A stretch of DNA of 64,000 nucleotides from Chrysemys picta bellii (lineage: Eukaryota). Below, piece after piece: positions 34,301-46,300 of the stretch. Under the pieces are notes generated by a model that was given only the letters and a program-made list of their open reading frames with translations, was not told where the DNA came from and made no database searches. The stretch spans positions 73,594,001 to 73,658,000 of the forward strand of contig NC_088798.1 of assembly GCF_011386835.1 (NCBI RefSeq). The letters run 5' to 3'. The position numbers and the translations under genes were made by a program. Position 1 is the first letter of the stretch, and each line of letters opens with the position of its first letter.

Positions 34301-37300
34301 ATGTGTTGACTCCACAAGCCTGTGGCCCCAAGCTCTGCTCATCACGTGGTCTGGTAGGACCCAGGGTGATTGCAGCCAGGGGAAGACCTGGGAACCCCCC
34401 CGACAGCCTCTCAGTCTGCACAGGGACTGCCCCACCCCTGGGCTGGGGTGAGAGCTGATCCTGTGGGCCGGGGTTGGGGGTGATGGAGCTAGTCCCTCCA
34501 GAGCATGGGCCAAAGGAGGAAGGGGACGGGAGGAGATCCAGAGGGTTTGGTTGCTCTGCCCCATGCGGGGCTTGTGCTGGTTCCCCCCCTGTGCTCTTTC
34601 ACCCAGAGCCTCTTACTCCTGGCTCTCTGTTTCTAGGATGGTGGAAGAGGCAAGTGAAATTGTGGTGTCCAACTCTACAGCTGCCTACAGCTTCTATGTG
34701 AGGGGGCTGGAGGACAGTCCAGCACTGTCCCAAGGGTGTTCGCAGCAGTCCCAGGTGGAGCGGCAAGGAGCCACGTAAGGGTCAAGGCTAGGGGAGGGCA
34801 CCCCAGGGTGTGTGTACTGGTGGGGGGAGTGGCTCTGGGACTGCTACTGCAACTGTACATCTTCTGTAAGGGACCCTACATGCTCCTTGGCCATCTCCTA
34901 TCCACTTCCCAAGCAGGCCTGGCCCTGTTTATCTGGGTGAATTCCCAGAGCACAGGTGGGTTGGCTGGCTGCCATCTTTGAGAGCTCAGAGCCAGATCCC
35001 AAGGGCTCCCCAGCCAGAGCTTGAGGGGCTGTGTGTGCAGAAGAAGGGGACTGGAAATGGGACCAAAGGGGCTTTCCCAAAGCCCAGGAAGGGGAGAAGG
35101 TAGAGAAGCTGCTGGCAAGATCTGAGCACTAGCCCTCTGGCCCCTGGGAGCTGGATTCGGCCCTGGGGCAGTAGATCCTGCACCCCCCTAGACAGAGAAG
35201 CTCCAAGGCATCTCCATCGGAAGCAGCCACAAGCCATGCAGTGTCTTCATGCTGAGCTCCCCAGATGTGTACCTAGAGGGGAAATTGTGGTAACTTGCTC
35301 AAGTGCTGTCACAGCAGCAGGACTGACTCAGCTAGGTCCTGCTGCGTCAGCAGCTGAGCCACAACCCGACACCTTGGGAGCATGCCAGGGAAGGGGCTGT
35401 TCCGCTTGTCACGGCCCATTGCCCCCTGGTTCCTGGGAAGGTGAGCAGCTGCCTCCCGTGCATGCCCTCACCCTCCTGCCTTCCCCAGGTGCGGCAGCCT
35501 GTTCACCCTCACCATGGAGCAGGAGCTGGAGGGCTGCAGGCGCCAACGCTCGGCTGTCAGGATTTTGGAGTTCCCCCGAGGGGCCGGGCCCTGTGTGGAG
35601 CCGTACGTACAGGGGGGACATGCAGCTCCAAGCTGCATCTCCAGGGCACCAGCCCATGGCTTGTCCATGGTCAATGGGATCCCGTGGAACTCACTGCTGC
35701 AGGATAATGAGACCAATAGTTCCATACATTTGAAAAGAGGCTCAGGCTGGTATATGATCAGCAGCAGCAATGGCACCCAAGGCTTGCAGTCCCCCTGCTT
35801 CACTTTTATTTATGTGCATGGCCATAGCACTCAAAAGCCCTGGCCAGGATCAGGACCTCATTGTGCCATGTGCTCTACAGAGCCTGCCTGGTCACTAGCT
35901 GGGGGCAGGAAGGGATTCCCCCATGGGACCATGGTGCCCAAACAGCCAAGAATTTCACCCACCTTTCCTCAGCAGCACCTAGCACTGGAGACAGGCGCCC
36001 AGGCTGGGTGGGACTGGGCCATGTGCTGGGCCCTTGGCCTTATACTTTGATTCCCACCTTAATTAATAATAATAATGATTATAATGGTGTGCTGTTGTCT
36101 CTGTGCCTTCCCACCTGTGGGGCTCTCATACCCAGTGTCCTGTCTCTCTGCAGTCTCTCACCCCTGCTCCAAGCTCTGGCTCCCGGTGAGCTCCCGGACA
36201 ATGCAGGATTCCTCCCCTGGATTCTCAAGCGGATGCTAGAAGGAAACAACCTCACGTTCCTGCTGCTGTGTTTGACCCTGCCAGGTACTTGCCCCACTAC
36301 TGCCCATCATACCCACTCCGCCCCAGGGCAGGGATTGGTGTCTGGGGTCCATGCACCAGTGCTGAGTCTGCCCCCTGCTGGGCAGACCCTGGAACACCCA
36401 CGTTCAGTTAGCAGAATCGCACCATCTGCCAGCCAGACTCCCCGAGGACACAGCCAGGACATGCCTGCAGCTGGAGGTACAGGCCAGTCCAGATGCAGCA
36501 GATTTACAGCGAGCACCTGGCTCTGGGTGGAGCCAGAAGGAGCCATGCTGGCCTGTTCTATGATCCTACAGCTAGAGGCCAGTCAGGAAAGGAGAGAAGG
36601 GCATGGGATTAATGCTCCCCATCCCCTTGCACTGCTCTGGACAGAGGGGCCACCGCCTAGTGCTGCACTGCGTGGGGTGGGGCTAACCCCTGGCCCTAGG
36701 GCTGCTCTGAGTGGAGGGGATTAGTGCCAGCGGCTCCAAAGGCCAATGTGTTCGTCTGACTCTGCCATGCACTGAAAGATGCCCAGGGGTTTGCCTGGGT
36801 TGCTTCCTTTCTACCTCCCTCCACAGGCCTCCCTGTGTCTCTGCACTGCCCTTCCTGCACTCATCTAACTTTGGCTTTGGGGGCCCCATCATGCAGCTCC
36901 ACCCCTGTGGGTGCGAGAGTCTTCTCCTCTGCAGCAGACTCCCTGCAGCTCTGAGTTCATCTCAGCCCTTGGTAGGACAGAAGCACTGCCCCCAGTGACT
37001 GTCCCCCTTTCACTGTAATGTAGTAGCTGCAGAGGCCATCCAGGCAGCAAGGGTGAAAGACGCTCTGCAAAGTAAAGGCAGAGAGTTTGCTTCAGGGCTT
37101 CCCGTCGATCTGCTCGCCGGGCACCTGTCTGTGCCACGGCAGCTCGTCTCTGCCTTCTCGGGTGCACCTGACATCTTATCATGCCGGGTCCTGAGTGCGG
37201 GGAACTTTTGCATTCACATGCAGCAACCACAGAGCCCCCTCCCCCAACATCTGAGAGTCCTGTCCCGTGTTGGTCCCTGGGCCCCATTTCTTGGTGATCC

Positions 37301-40300
37301 CAGATAGATTCCCCAGTCCTTGGCCTGTGATCTCTCCAATCTTTTTCCCGGAAGTTGGCCATGGTCTGACATTCCCACTGGGAGGGCAGGAAGATTCCCT
37401 GCTGCTCAGAGCATGGTGCCAGCTTGTTAGCTGGGAGCCAGTGTCGGAAAGACTCCACAGAGTTCGCACCTGCTATTGCCTCCAGTCCCTGCATGGCCAG
37501 CCTGGGCACAGTGACTTCATGTTGGTCTGCAGGGATTGTTGCTGTAATTCAGCCCTCAGGCATGGCTAACTGGACTGATTATTCCAGCAAATTCCCCTCC
37601 CACCCATCCTCCCACTGCCCTCTTTCCTGTCTCCCTGGCCTCTGCTCCCTGTAGTCTCTAAGTGTATGACATTGACTCCTGCTCCAGCAGCCCTCATGGC
37701 TGAATACTCTCTGGTCTTGTAGATGCCTCTGGAGAAGAGATCCTGTCAGCCCTTTCGCTGGCTGAGCAGGTGAGGGGACTGGCCAAGAAGGTCTCACCAA
37801 CCCACTGGGATCCTGCTAAAGCAGCTTGGAGGCAGAGGGCAGAGATCCGAGAGCTGAGGGCCCAGCTCCTCTCCAGCAGCAGCCGCACAGTGCAGGAAAG
37901 TGTGATCAGCCAGCTGAGGAGAGTGCTGAGGGACCTGCAGGTGGGAGAAGCAGACACACTGCACATCTAGCTGTACACTGCTGGGACACTCGTGCCCGAG
38001 CTGGCTAGCCCAGAGCTGTGCGCCATTTTTCACAACACAACCAATGATTTAGATAATGGGATAGAGAGTACACTTATAAAGTTTGTGGACTATACCAAAC
38101 TGGGAGGGGTTGCAAGTGCTTTGGAGGATAGGATTAAACTTCAAAATAATCTGGACAAACTGGAGAAATGATCTGAAGTAAATAGGATGAAATTCACTAA
38201 GGACAAATGCAAAGTACTCCACTTAGGAACAATCAGCTGCACACACAAAATGGGAAATGATTGCCTAGGAAGGAGTACTGTGGAAAGGGATCTGGGGGTC
38301 ACAGTGGATCACAAGCTAAATATGAGTCAACAGTGCAACGCTGTTGCAAAAAAAGTGAACATCATTCTGGGATGTATTGGCAGGAGTGATGTAAGCAAGA
38401 CAGGAGAAGTAATTCTTCCGCTCTACTCTGCACTGATTAGACCCCAACTGGAGTATTGTGTCCAGTTCTGGGCACCACATTTCAGGAAAGATGTGGACAA
38501 ATTGGAGAAAGTCCAAAAGAGAACAACAAAAATGATTAAAGGTCCAGAAAACATGACCTATGTGGGAAGATTGAAAAAATTGGGTTTGTTTAGTCTGGAA
38601 AAGAGAAGACTGAGAGGGGCCATAACAGTTTTCCAGTACATAAAAGGTTGTTACAAGGAGGGAGAACAACTGTTCTCCTTAACTTCTGAGGATAGGGCAA
38701 GAAGCAATGGTCTTAAAATAAAGAAGCAAGGGAGGTTTAGGATGGACATTAGGAAAAACATCCTAACTGTCAGGGTGGTTAAGCACTGGAATAAACTGCC
38801 TAGGGAGGCTGTGGAATCTCTGTCATTGGAGGTTTTAAAGAGCAGGTTAAACACCAGTGCTTCAGCAGGGGCATCAGTTCGCAATGCATTCTGGGATGGA
38901 GGAACATCACCCATCCAGACAGCAACATAATAATGTTCTCATCTACCTTCTGGGAAGACAGCCTTGTGCCAGGCCAGGGGTGTGGGACTCTGGGCTGTCT
39001 AGGTTACTAGGTTCTAGGGGTGGATACAGCGTAGGTAGATGCACCATTCTGCAGGTAGCACAGTGTATGCCTAGTTATGTGTGTGTGCCACATGGCTGTA
39101 TGCATGCACAGTGCTGGATGCAGATGGGTTGGCATGGGTTACGTGGCTGTAACACTCTGGGCCTAAGTCTGAACAGAAATAAAGTTCTTGTCTTGTAAAC
39201 CTGAGTGTAAGCGTCCCCAGGTGTCCCTTGCATCTCCTCAGGGCAGAAGGAGTTAGCCAGAGACTGGGGAGAGTTTGTCTCCTGGAAGGGGTTAGGATCT
39301 CCAATGCTCCAGGGCTGTGCAGTCAGCAGATGCCGGAGGTGCTGTGGATGATGGGCTTACCTAGGACTTGGCTTGCTGCCCCCCATGGACAGCATGGTCC
39401 CTGTGGTGGTGACACACAGCACAATGAGGTCTCCCGGGCCTGTTTTCCAGGTGCTGAAGAACCAGAGCTGGGAGAAAAAGAAAGAGATGTCGGAGGCATT
39501 TGAAGGAAGTGGGAGCTGTCATCTTGAAGCCAAGGTGAATCCGGGATTCCAGCTGCTCATCACTGCCCTCCAGATGCAGAGCAGTGGCACAGGGACGTGA
39601 CACAGGACAAGGAACATCCTCTCCCCCTAGCAGCAGAGTCGTAGGAGCAGGCATAAGTGATACAGATAAAGTCAGAACCCATCCCCAAGCCAAGCAGAGA
39701 GCTAGCTTGTACAGTAACCATGCAGCTCCCTGCTGGGCCAGCTCCGGGTCTCCTCCCAGCACTTTATGCACCATCTTCAGAATCTGGGCCACACAGTCAG
39801 GGAAAGCCCACACTCAGCACTGTGTCAGAGGTTGGACAGCTGGGGCCCTGCACAGCTGGCCAGCTGCTGGCTGGGATGAGCTTGAGATGGCTGTGCTTCA
39901 TCGCTGCGGGGGACTGAGGATGGGGGCTGGGAAGCAGAGTCTGTGTGGGAGGGGCTGCAAGTGAGGGGGAATGCTCTGTCAGAGGTCCCCAGTGTTACAG
40001 CGGATCCTGGCCCCATTTAGCTTTAACAGGGCCCTGTCTGATGTGTCCCACACTACAGGGTCGAATCCCATTGTGGCTGGGCAGGGACGATCAGCTTACA
40101 AACCAGGCGCTGACAGATATGCTGAGAAGCCAAGAGTTCCTGGACAGAGGCAACTCTAAGCCAGATGGAGACGTCCCAGGTGTGGGAGCAATTTCAGGAC
40201 TGGGTCTGTCCTTGCCTAACCTGGGGGTGCATTGGCAGCTAACATGATCTGAGGGCTCAGATAACTTGTTAAATACCCAGAGAATGACCCCTCCTTGGGG

Positions 40301-43300
40301 TCAGCCTCACCCCACACCAGCTGAGAGGGCACCAGCGAGGCTGGGTGCAGTCCAGCTTGCTGTTAAGGGGACCTACAGTGGAGAAACTTCTGGGTCTGGA
40401 CCTCCTTAGGGGCGGAAGGGGGGCTGGGAGAGGGGCTTGTGTGGCTGTGTTGGGGGTTCTGCTTCTTTTTCCCCAGCATCCCCTCCCCTGCAGATCCTCC
40501 TCCCTCTTTTCCTGCAGGGTTTGTTCCCCTCTGTAATGACAAAGGAGGCGAAGCTGCCACAAGTAGCCCCGGGTGGTTTGGCCAAATCCCCCCGAGCATG
40601 GGAGCAGTGACAGGGGAGAAGCCTTTGCAAAGTGGAGCCAGCAGAACACAGGAACCAACCTGCACTGCTAGTGTGACCGGCGCGGTGAGTGCGATGCACT
40701 GGGGCTAGAAGATAGGCCCACGGACACCACAAGGCAGCCTGGAGTAGAAGGTCTCCCTGTCTGCACAGATTTGATTTCCCTAGACGTGACTTACGTCATG
40801 GTGACAGGGCTGGCTGCAGCTCCCTCTTGAGCCTTCCCCTCTCCTGGGGTGGGATCCTGTAATTCTCCTACTCTCAGGATAGGCCCTGGGCTACAACAGC
40901 CAACAGGTAACAACTGCAGGTCCAACTGGGTTCAGGCACCTGCAGTTCTTCCCTCCAGGAGGCTGTGGCCAGGGGCACACGGGAATCAGACAGCCTGCTT
41001 AAAACCAAACATTATTGATTTTAACAGCAGGAACAAAGTGTTAGAGAAAAAGGATTTTAAAACGACAGGCAGCCTACACATGTCTCTCACTGAAAGCCCT
41101 CCCATCCCAATGATCACTGAGCAAGCTGAACTCCTGTGTGGGTCCTGGGTGTCAGTCTGGCCCCCTAAACAGCTCCCCTACGCCCATCCCCTCTCTTGAG
41201 AGCAGGGAGGGAGGGGGCTTTTCAAACATGCCACAGTCCTTTAGATCTTCTGGCTCCAACACCTTTTCCCATCCTGTCATTGTCTCTTCACAGCCCACAA
41301 GTGTTTGTGGAGAAATGGTTTATCTGGAGCCATTCTTCTTCCTGACTGATGTCAGCCCCACTACTATTCTCTATTATAGACTGGATTTCATCCAGCAGGA
41401 ACTCAAAGTGCTTCACAAACAATACATATACCATTGCTGCAATGCAGCCACCTCTGGGGTGGAATGTGGCAGGTATCTATCTGCACACAGCAATGCTACA
41501 CAACAATTTAGACACAAGGGGTTCAATTTTCCTCTCACTTACCCTAGTGTTAGACTTTTGATTTCCATGGTGTTACTTTTGACTTACCCCATTCTATATG
41601 AGAGGAGACTCAGGCCCTGCAAAGCGAAAAGGACCAACGTAGCCAAAGGAACTATCAGGAGATTTCGGGGAGGTGGCGTTTAATCACCCAAGCAAGATCA
41701 GGCCCCAACAGAAGGACTCCCACCACAGAGTTCATGCATCATCCAAAAGCCCCAATACTGTGTAGTTCTAATGAGCTGGAGCCTGTCCAGGCTGCAGGCA
41801 TAGCCAGCCTGGCTTCCTGCTCAGCCCTCAGCCAGACTGCCAGGAGCCCCAGCTGGGCACAGAATTGCGGGCTGTTCTCTGTCTGACTTGGAAGGGAACC
41901 GACCCCCCTGCTGTTCTGCCTGGATTGACCTTTCCAAGAGATCTGCTCTCACTACGTTTCACATAGTCCAGCCTCTGCTGCCACGAGGGCTCTCAGTGCA
42001 CTGCATCTCCTGCCCAGCCGGCACTACCATACTGGGCTGGGACACTGTGATCTTCCAGCTGGGCCCAGCTCTCACTGTATCCTACAGCCACTCCAGCTGG
42101 GAGAAGCTACACGCAGAGCCAGTGCTCTTACCCCTGCTGGGAGAGGCAGGGATTGCAGTAACTCTGAGAGCCTTTCCCCCCAGGTCCCTACAGCACCTCC
42201 TGCTCAGAGAAATTGGGCTGCAGCCCTCCTACAGGCAGTGAGTTCACACCATTTCATGCAGGCAGGGAGCTGAGCTCTCCCCCACAGATGGCGCATTATT
42301 GTACTGGGGGGAGCCCCAGAGCAGTGTGGCTCCCCACAGGGCGGCTGAGAGCTGGAGGGGAATGGAGAAGCCTTGGGAAATCTCTGCTCCATGACCGGAG
42401 AACAGAGGGGACCGACTGGGCAGTCAAGGAGGGAATGGGGTCGGGGGTGAAACCTGGTGAGTCAGAACTTGTTCCTCAGCCCTGCGCCCAGCTGAGCTTC
42501 CTGCCTCAGCCCAGGCTGGTAATGGTGCGAGCTCCTGGGGGCTGTGCCTTGAAGAGGTATAAAGGGCTTAGAGTGTCCTGCCTGTGCTGCATCCATCCCA
42601 CATCATGTCTGCCCTGTGCTATGCACGGTCCACCCCATGCTGCACATGTGCAGGAGGTGAAGAGGACCATAGCAGTCCCGTACACTATACTGCAGCCCTC
42701 TGCCCTCACTCAGCCACCCTGCACCCCCCTGTCCTCAATTCAGGAAACCTCCGGGGTGTTTCACTGGGGAGGACATGCAGGCTTGTCCCCACTCCTCTTT
42801 CTTCCCTGTTTTGTCTCTCCCTGGTGTTAGGACAAGGTCCCTCTGGCACAACACTCGGTGCAACCCCCCAGTGCTCCCAAGCATGCAAATGCCAATGCAG
42901 AGGGATCCCAAGCTGCCTGCCTGGCTCCCTCTCTGCACCCCAGCGCTGCAGCTGTGAATGGCCTGCGTAAGAGAGTCACTTCCTGGGTGCCTTCTCGTGT
43001 CTGCTCTCTGCCAGGTGGGGAGCTGGGCCTCTCAGCAGCACCCGGCTCTGGAGCTGCAGTTTGCCATGGCCAAGGCCAGGAGGCAGTGTCTGCGGGAGCA
43101 GCACCAGCGGCTCATCCAGCAGGAACTGCTGAAGCTGGAGGAGGAGCTAGCAGGCAACCAGGAGGTGAGTGGGGAATAGGGTTACCATATTTCCACAATC
43201 AAAAAAGAGGACACTGGGGGGGGGGGGGGGGGGGGGAGGGAGTCCCACTCTAGCCCCGCCCCTGCCCTGCCCCATCCACTCCCTCCCACTTCCCACCCCC

Positions 43301-46300
43301 TGACTGCCCCCCTCAGAACCCCCAACTCCCCTCCGCTCCTTGTCCCCTGACTGCCCCCTCCTGGGACCCCTGCCACTAACTGCCCCCTAAGACTCCACCC
43401 CCTATCTAAGCCTCCCTGCTTCTTGTCCCCTGACTGCCCCCACCTGAGAACCCCCCACCCTCACTATCCCCATAGGACCCTACGTGTCCCCTGACTGCCC
43501 TGACCCTTATCCACACCCCCACCCCATATTCACACCCCCGCCCCCAGACAGACCCCCTGGACTCCCATGCCCTATCCAACTGCTCCCCACCCCCTGACAG
43601 GACCCCCAGAACTCCCGACCCATCCAACCCCCTCTGCTCCCTGCCTGCCTCGACCCCTCTCCACACCCCTGCCCTATCCAACTGCTCCCCACCCCCTGAC
43701 AGCCCCCCCAGAGCCTCCGACCCATCCAACCCTCCCCCCCCCCGACCAGGGCTGGCTTTAGTAAGAGCCCAGGAATCGGGCTGCGCTCTGGCCGGGGTCG
43801 CGGGGTTTGGGCTGGGCCGGAGGTGCTCGGCCGGAGCCGGAGCTGCTGGGGCCAGGGCCGGAGCTGCTCGGCCGGCACCACTCGGCCGGAACTGGGGCTG
43901 CCACCCTGGGGCCCGAGCCGAGCCAGAGCCGCAGCCGTTCGGCTGGGGCCGGACTGGGCTGCGCCACGCCTCGCCTCCCCGGAGCCCTCCTCCCCGCATC
44001 CCCCTCCCCAGCTTACCTGCTGCTGCCCGTCTGTTCCTGCTTGTTTTCAGACTTCCCGTGAACATCTGATTCGCGGGAAGCAGGGGAGGGGGAGGAGCAG
44101 GGGGGCGGAGCGTTCAGGGGAGGGGAAAGACAGCTGCGGGACCGGGCGGCGTGCTAAGGCTGCAGGGGACGGTGGGAGCCGGGAAGGGGCTTTGGCTGCC
44201 CAGGGGCGCTTGGCCGCCACTTTTCAATCTATAAATAGCCGACCAGGGGGAAATCCCGGACATTTTTAGATTTTTAGAAATCCCCCCCGGATGGCTATTT
44301 ATAGACCGAAAAGCCGGACATATCCGGGGAAATCCAGAGGTATGGTAGCCCTAGTGGGGAATAGACCCTCACCTGGTACCCGGGGCTAAGAGCAGAACAC
44401 AGGGTGATGAGGCAATAAGGGGGCCCAAAAGCAATGGTCCCGGATGGCAAGCTGGGGGCAGGTGTCCATGGCAAGGCCTAGAGCTGCAGTCAGCCAAGGC
44501 CAGGATGCAGGGCCGGAGCAGAGTGAGGAAAATGGGCACTTTGCAGTGACATCGGAAGCCACGCTCCAAGGCTGCAGGCACAGGGAGGCTCTGCTCACTG
44601 GGGGCTGCTCACCACAGAAAGGTGAGGCAGCTGAGGACAGGGATCCCTAGGGTAGGGTAATGCTGCCCCAGTCTGCAGTATCTTATATGGGTTCTCCCAC
44701 TGCACATCAAGCCCTATCTGAGAGGCTGTGGTTGCAGTGACCTCAGAGATGGTTCCAGCCCTTGCTCATGCCCCCAGCTCTAGCGGTATCTTTGGGGGCA
44801 ACCTCCTGCCAGCTCTGAGACAAGGAAACTGCGAGACAAAACCCACAGGCTCCTCGCCCCTGAGGCAGGAAGAAGGCACCTGGGGGACGGCTGGGCCTAT
44901 GGCACTGGGAGCCAATTGGGGCTTTAGGCATGTGGGTAACAAGCAGATGGGATGAGTCACTGGGGAGGGCAGACTGGGCAAAGGGGACCTTGCGGTGCTT
45001 CTGGGAAGGATGGAATTCGGGCAAGAGGGAACTGCCCTTGAGGTTTGGACCATCCCGTCTTGTCCCAACAGGCAGCTGAAAGGCCATGCTAGTCCGGGTG
45101 AGCCACTGAGCTGGTTTACAACTGCCCAGACCCTCCCCGTCCCGCTCTCTCAGGCCCAGTTCAAACTGGATGGCAACGGTGACTCTTGGGGCACAGGGCA
45201 GTGCCCTCCATTCCTGAGCGGGCAGGACGGGACTCAGGAAGATACCAGAGCAGGGAAGGCACCTTCCCCATGGCTGCTCTGTGAGGAGAGGTCCAGTCCC
45301 AGGTGTTATGCATGCCAAGATGGATGGCCAGGCAGCAGGACAGCCCCTTCTTAGCTCTCCGTGTGAGCCCAGCTAGCAAAGCCAGCTCTGACTGAGCCTG
45401 ATGGTTTGGGCAGGGCCCCCATCCCTTCTGCTGGGACAAGGGTGACTCCCCACAGCCTGCCTGAAAGCTCTCGCTCCCAGCTCCCTCCTGCCCAGCGGGA
45501 CGTGTGGTGCTGGCCCAAGGAGAAGGCGGTGCTGGCCCTGCAGCTGGAAGCACTGCAGAAGGAATGGGCCGAGGCAGAGAAGGACCTGGAGGCACTGTAC
45601 CAGCAGCACAGACTGGAAGCGGAGGCTCAGAAACAACATGTGCTACAGGTCACCAGGGGCTAAGCTGCCGTTCTCCATGCGTCCGGTAATAAGGGGGTTG
45701 GGGAGGGATCAAGGCATGGCCCAGAACAGCCCAGTGGAAGCCAGTCACCCCCCCTGGCTGTTTGAGGCTCCATGGACAATGAGTTGGTTGACCTGTTTCC
45801 CAATGGACAGACATTCCCATCACAGAATCAGTTGGCACCAGCTGCCCCTTTGTTGGCAGGCTCAGCAGAGCACACCAAGGGCTGAGGGGTGATGGAGCTC
45901 CACTGCATAGCCCCTCATGGTCAGGGTTGAGGTAAGGGGATGGGAGCAATGGGGGGCTGCTGGCCCCTTTCCCCTACAGCACTGCGTTCCCTCTTTGCAG
46001 GGCGATCTCGCCTGGCCCTGGGATGTACCTTGACAGCCTCTTGCAGCCCGCTGAGGAAGCTGATAAGCTAGATAGGTGCCTGCGGGCCTTCCCCACAGGA
46101 GGCTCAGGAGCCAGCGTTTGTGCTCCAAGGAGCTGTCATTGCTAATAAATTCCCCGGCTTACAGTTCTGTGAGAGCGAGATGGGCAGGAAGAGAGAAGCT
46201 GCAGTGCCAGAGCAGGATAAGGTGGCTGGCAGTGCTGCCAGGCAGGGGGAACAGAGGGTGCTTCCTGTGACACTTGCTCGTCTGAAGAAGAGTGGCATCT

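Noticed and set aside
35861-36724. 287-aa plus-strand ORF
   Set aside because: Only 36154-36284 (exon 10 of the kinesin-like gene) looks coding; the rest is open intronic sequence.
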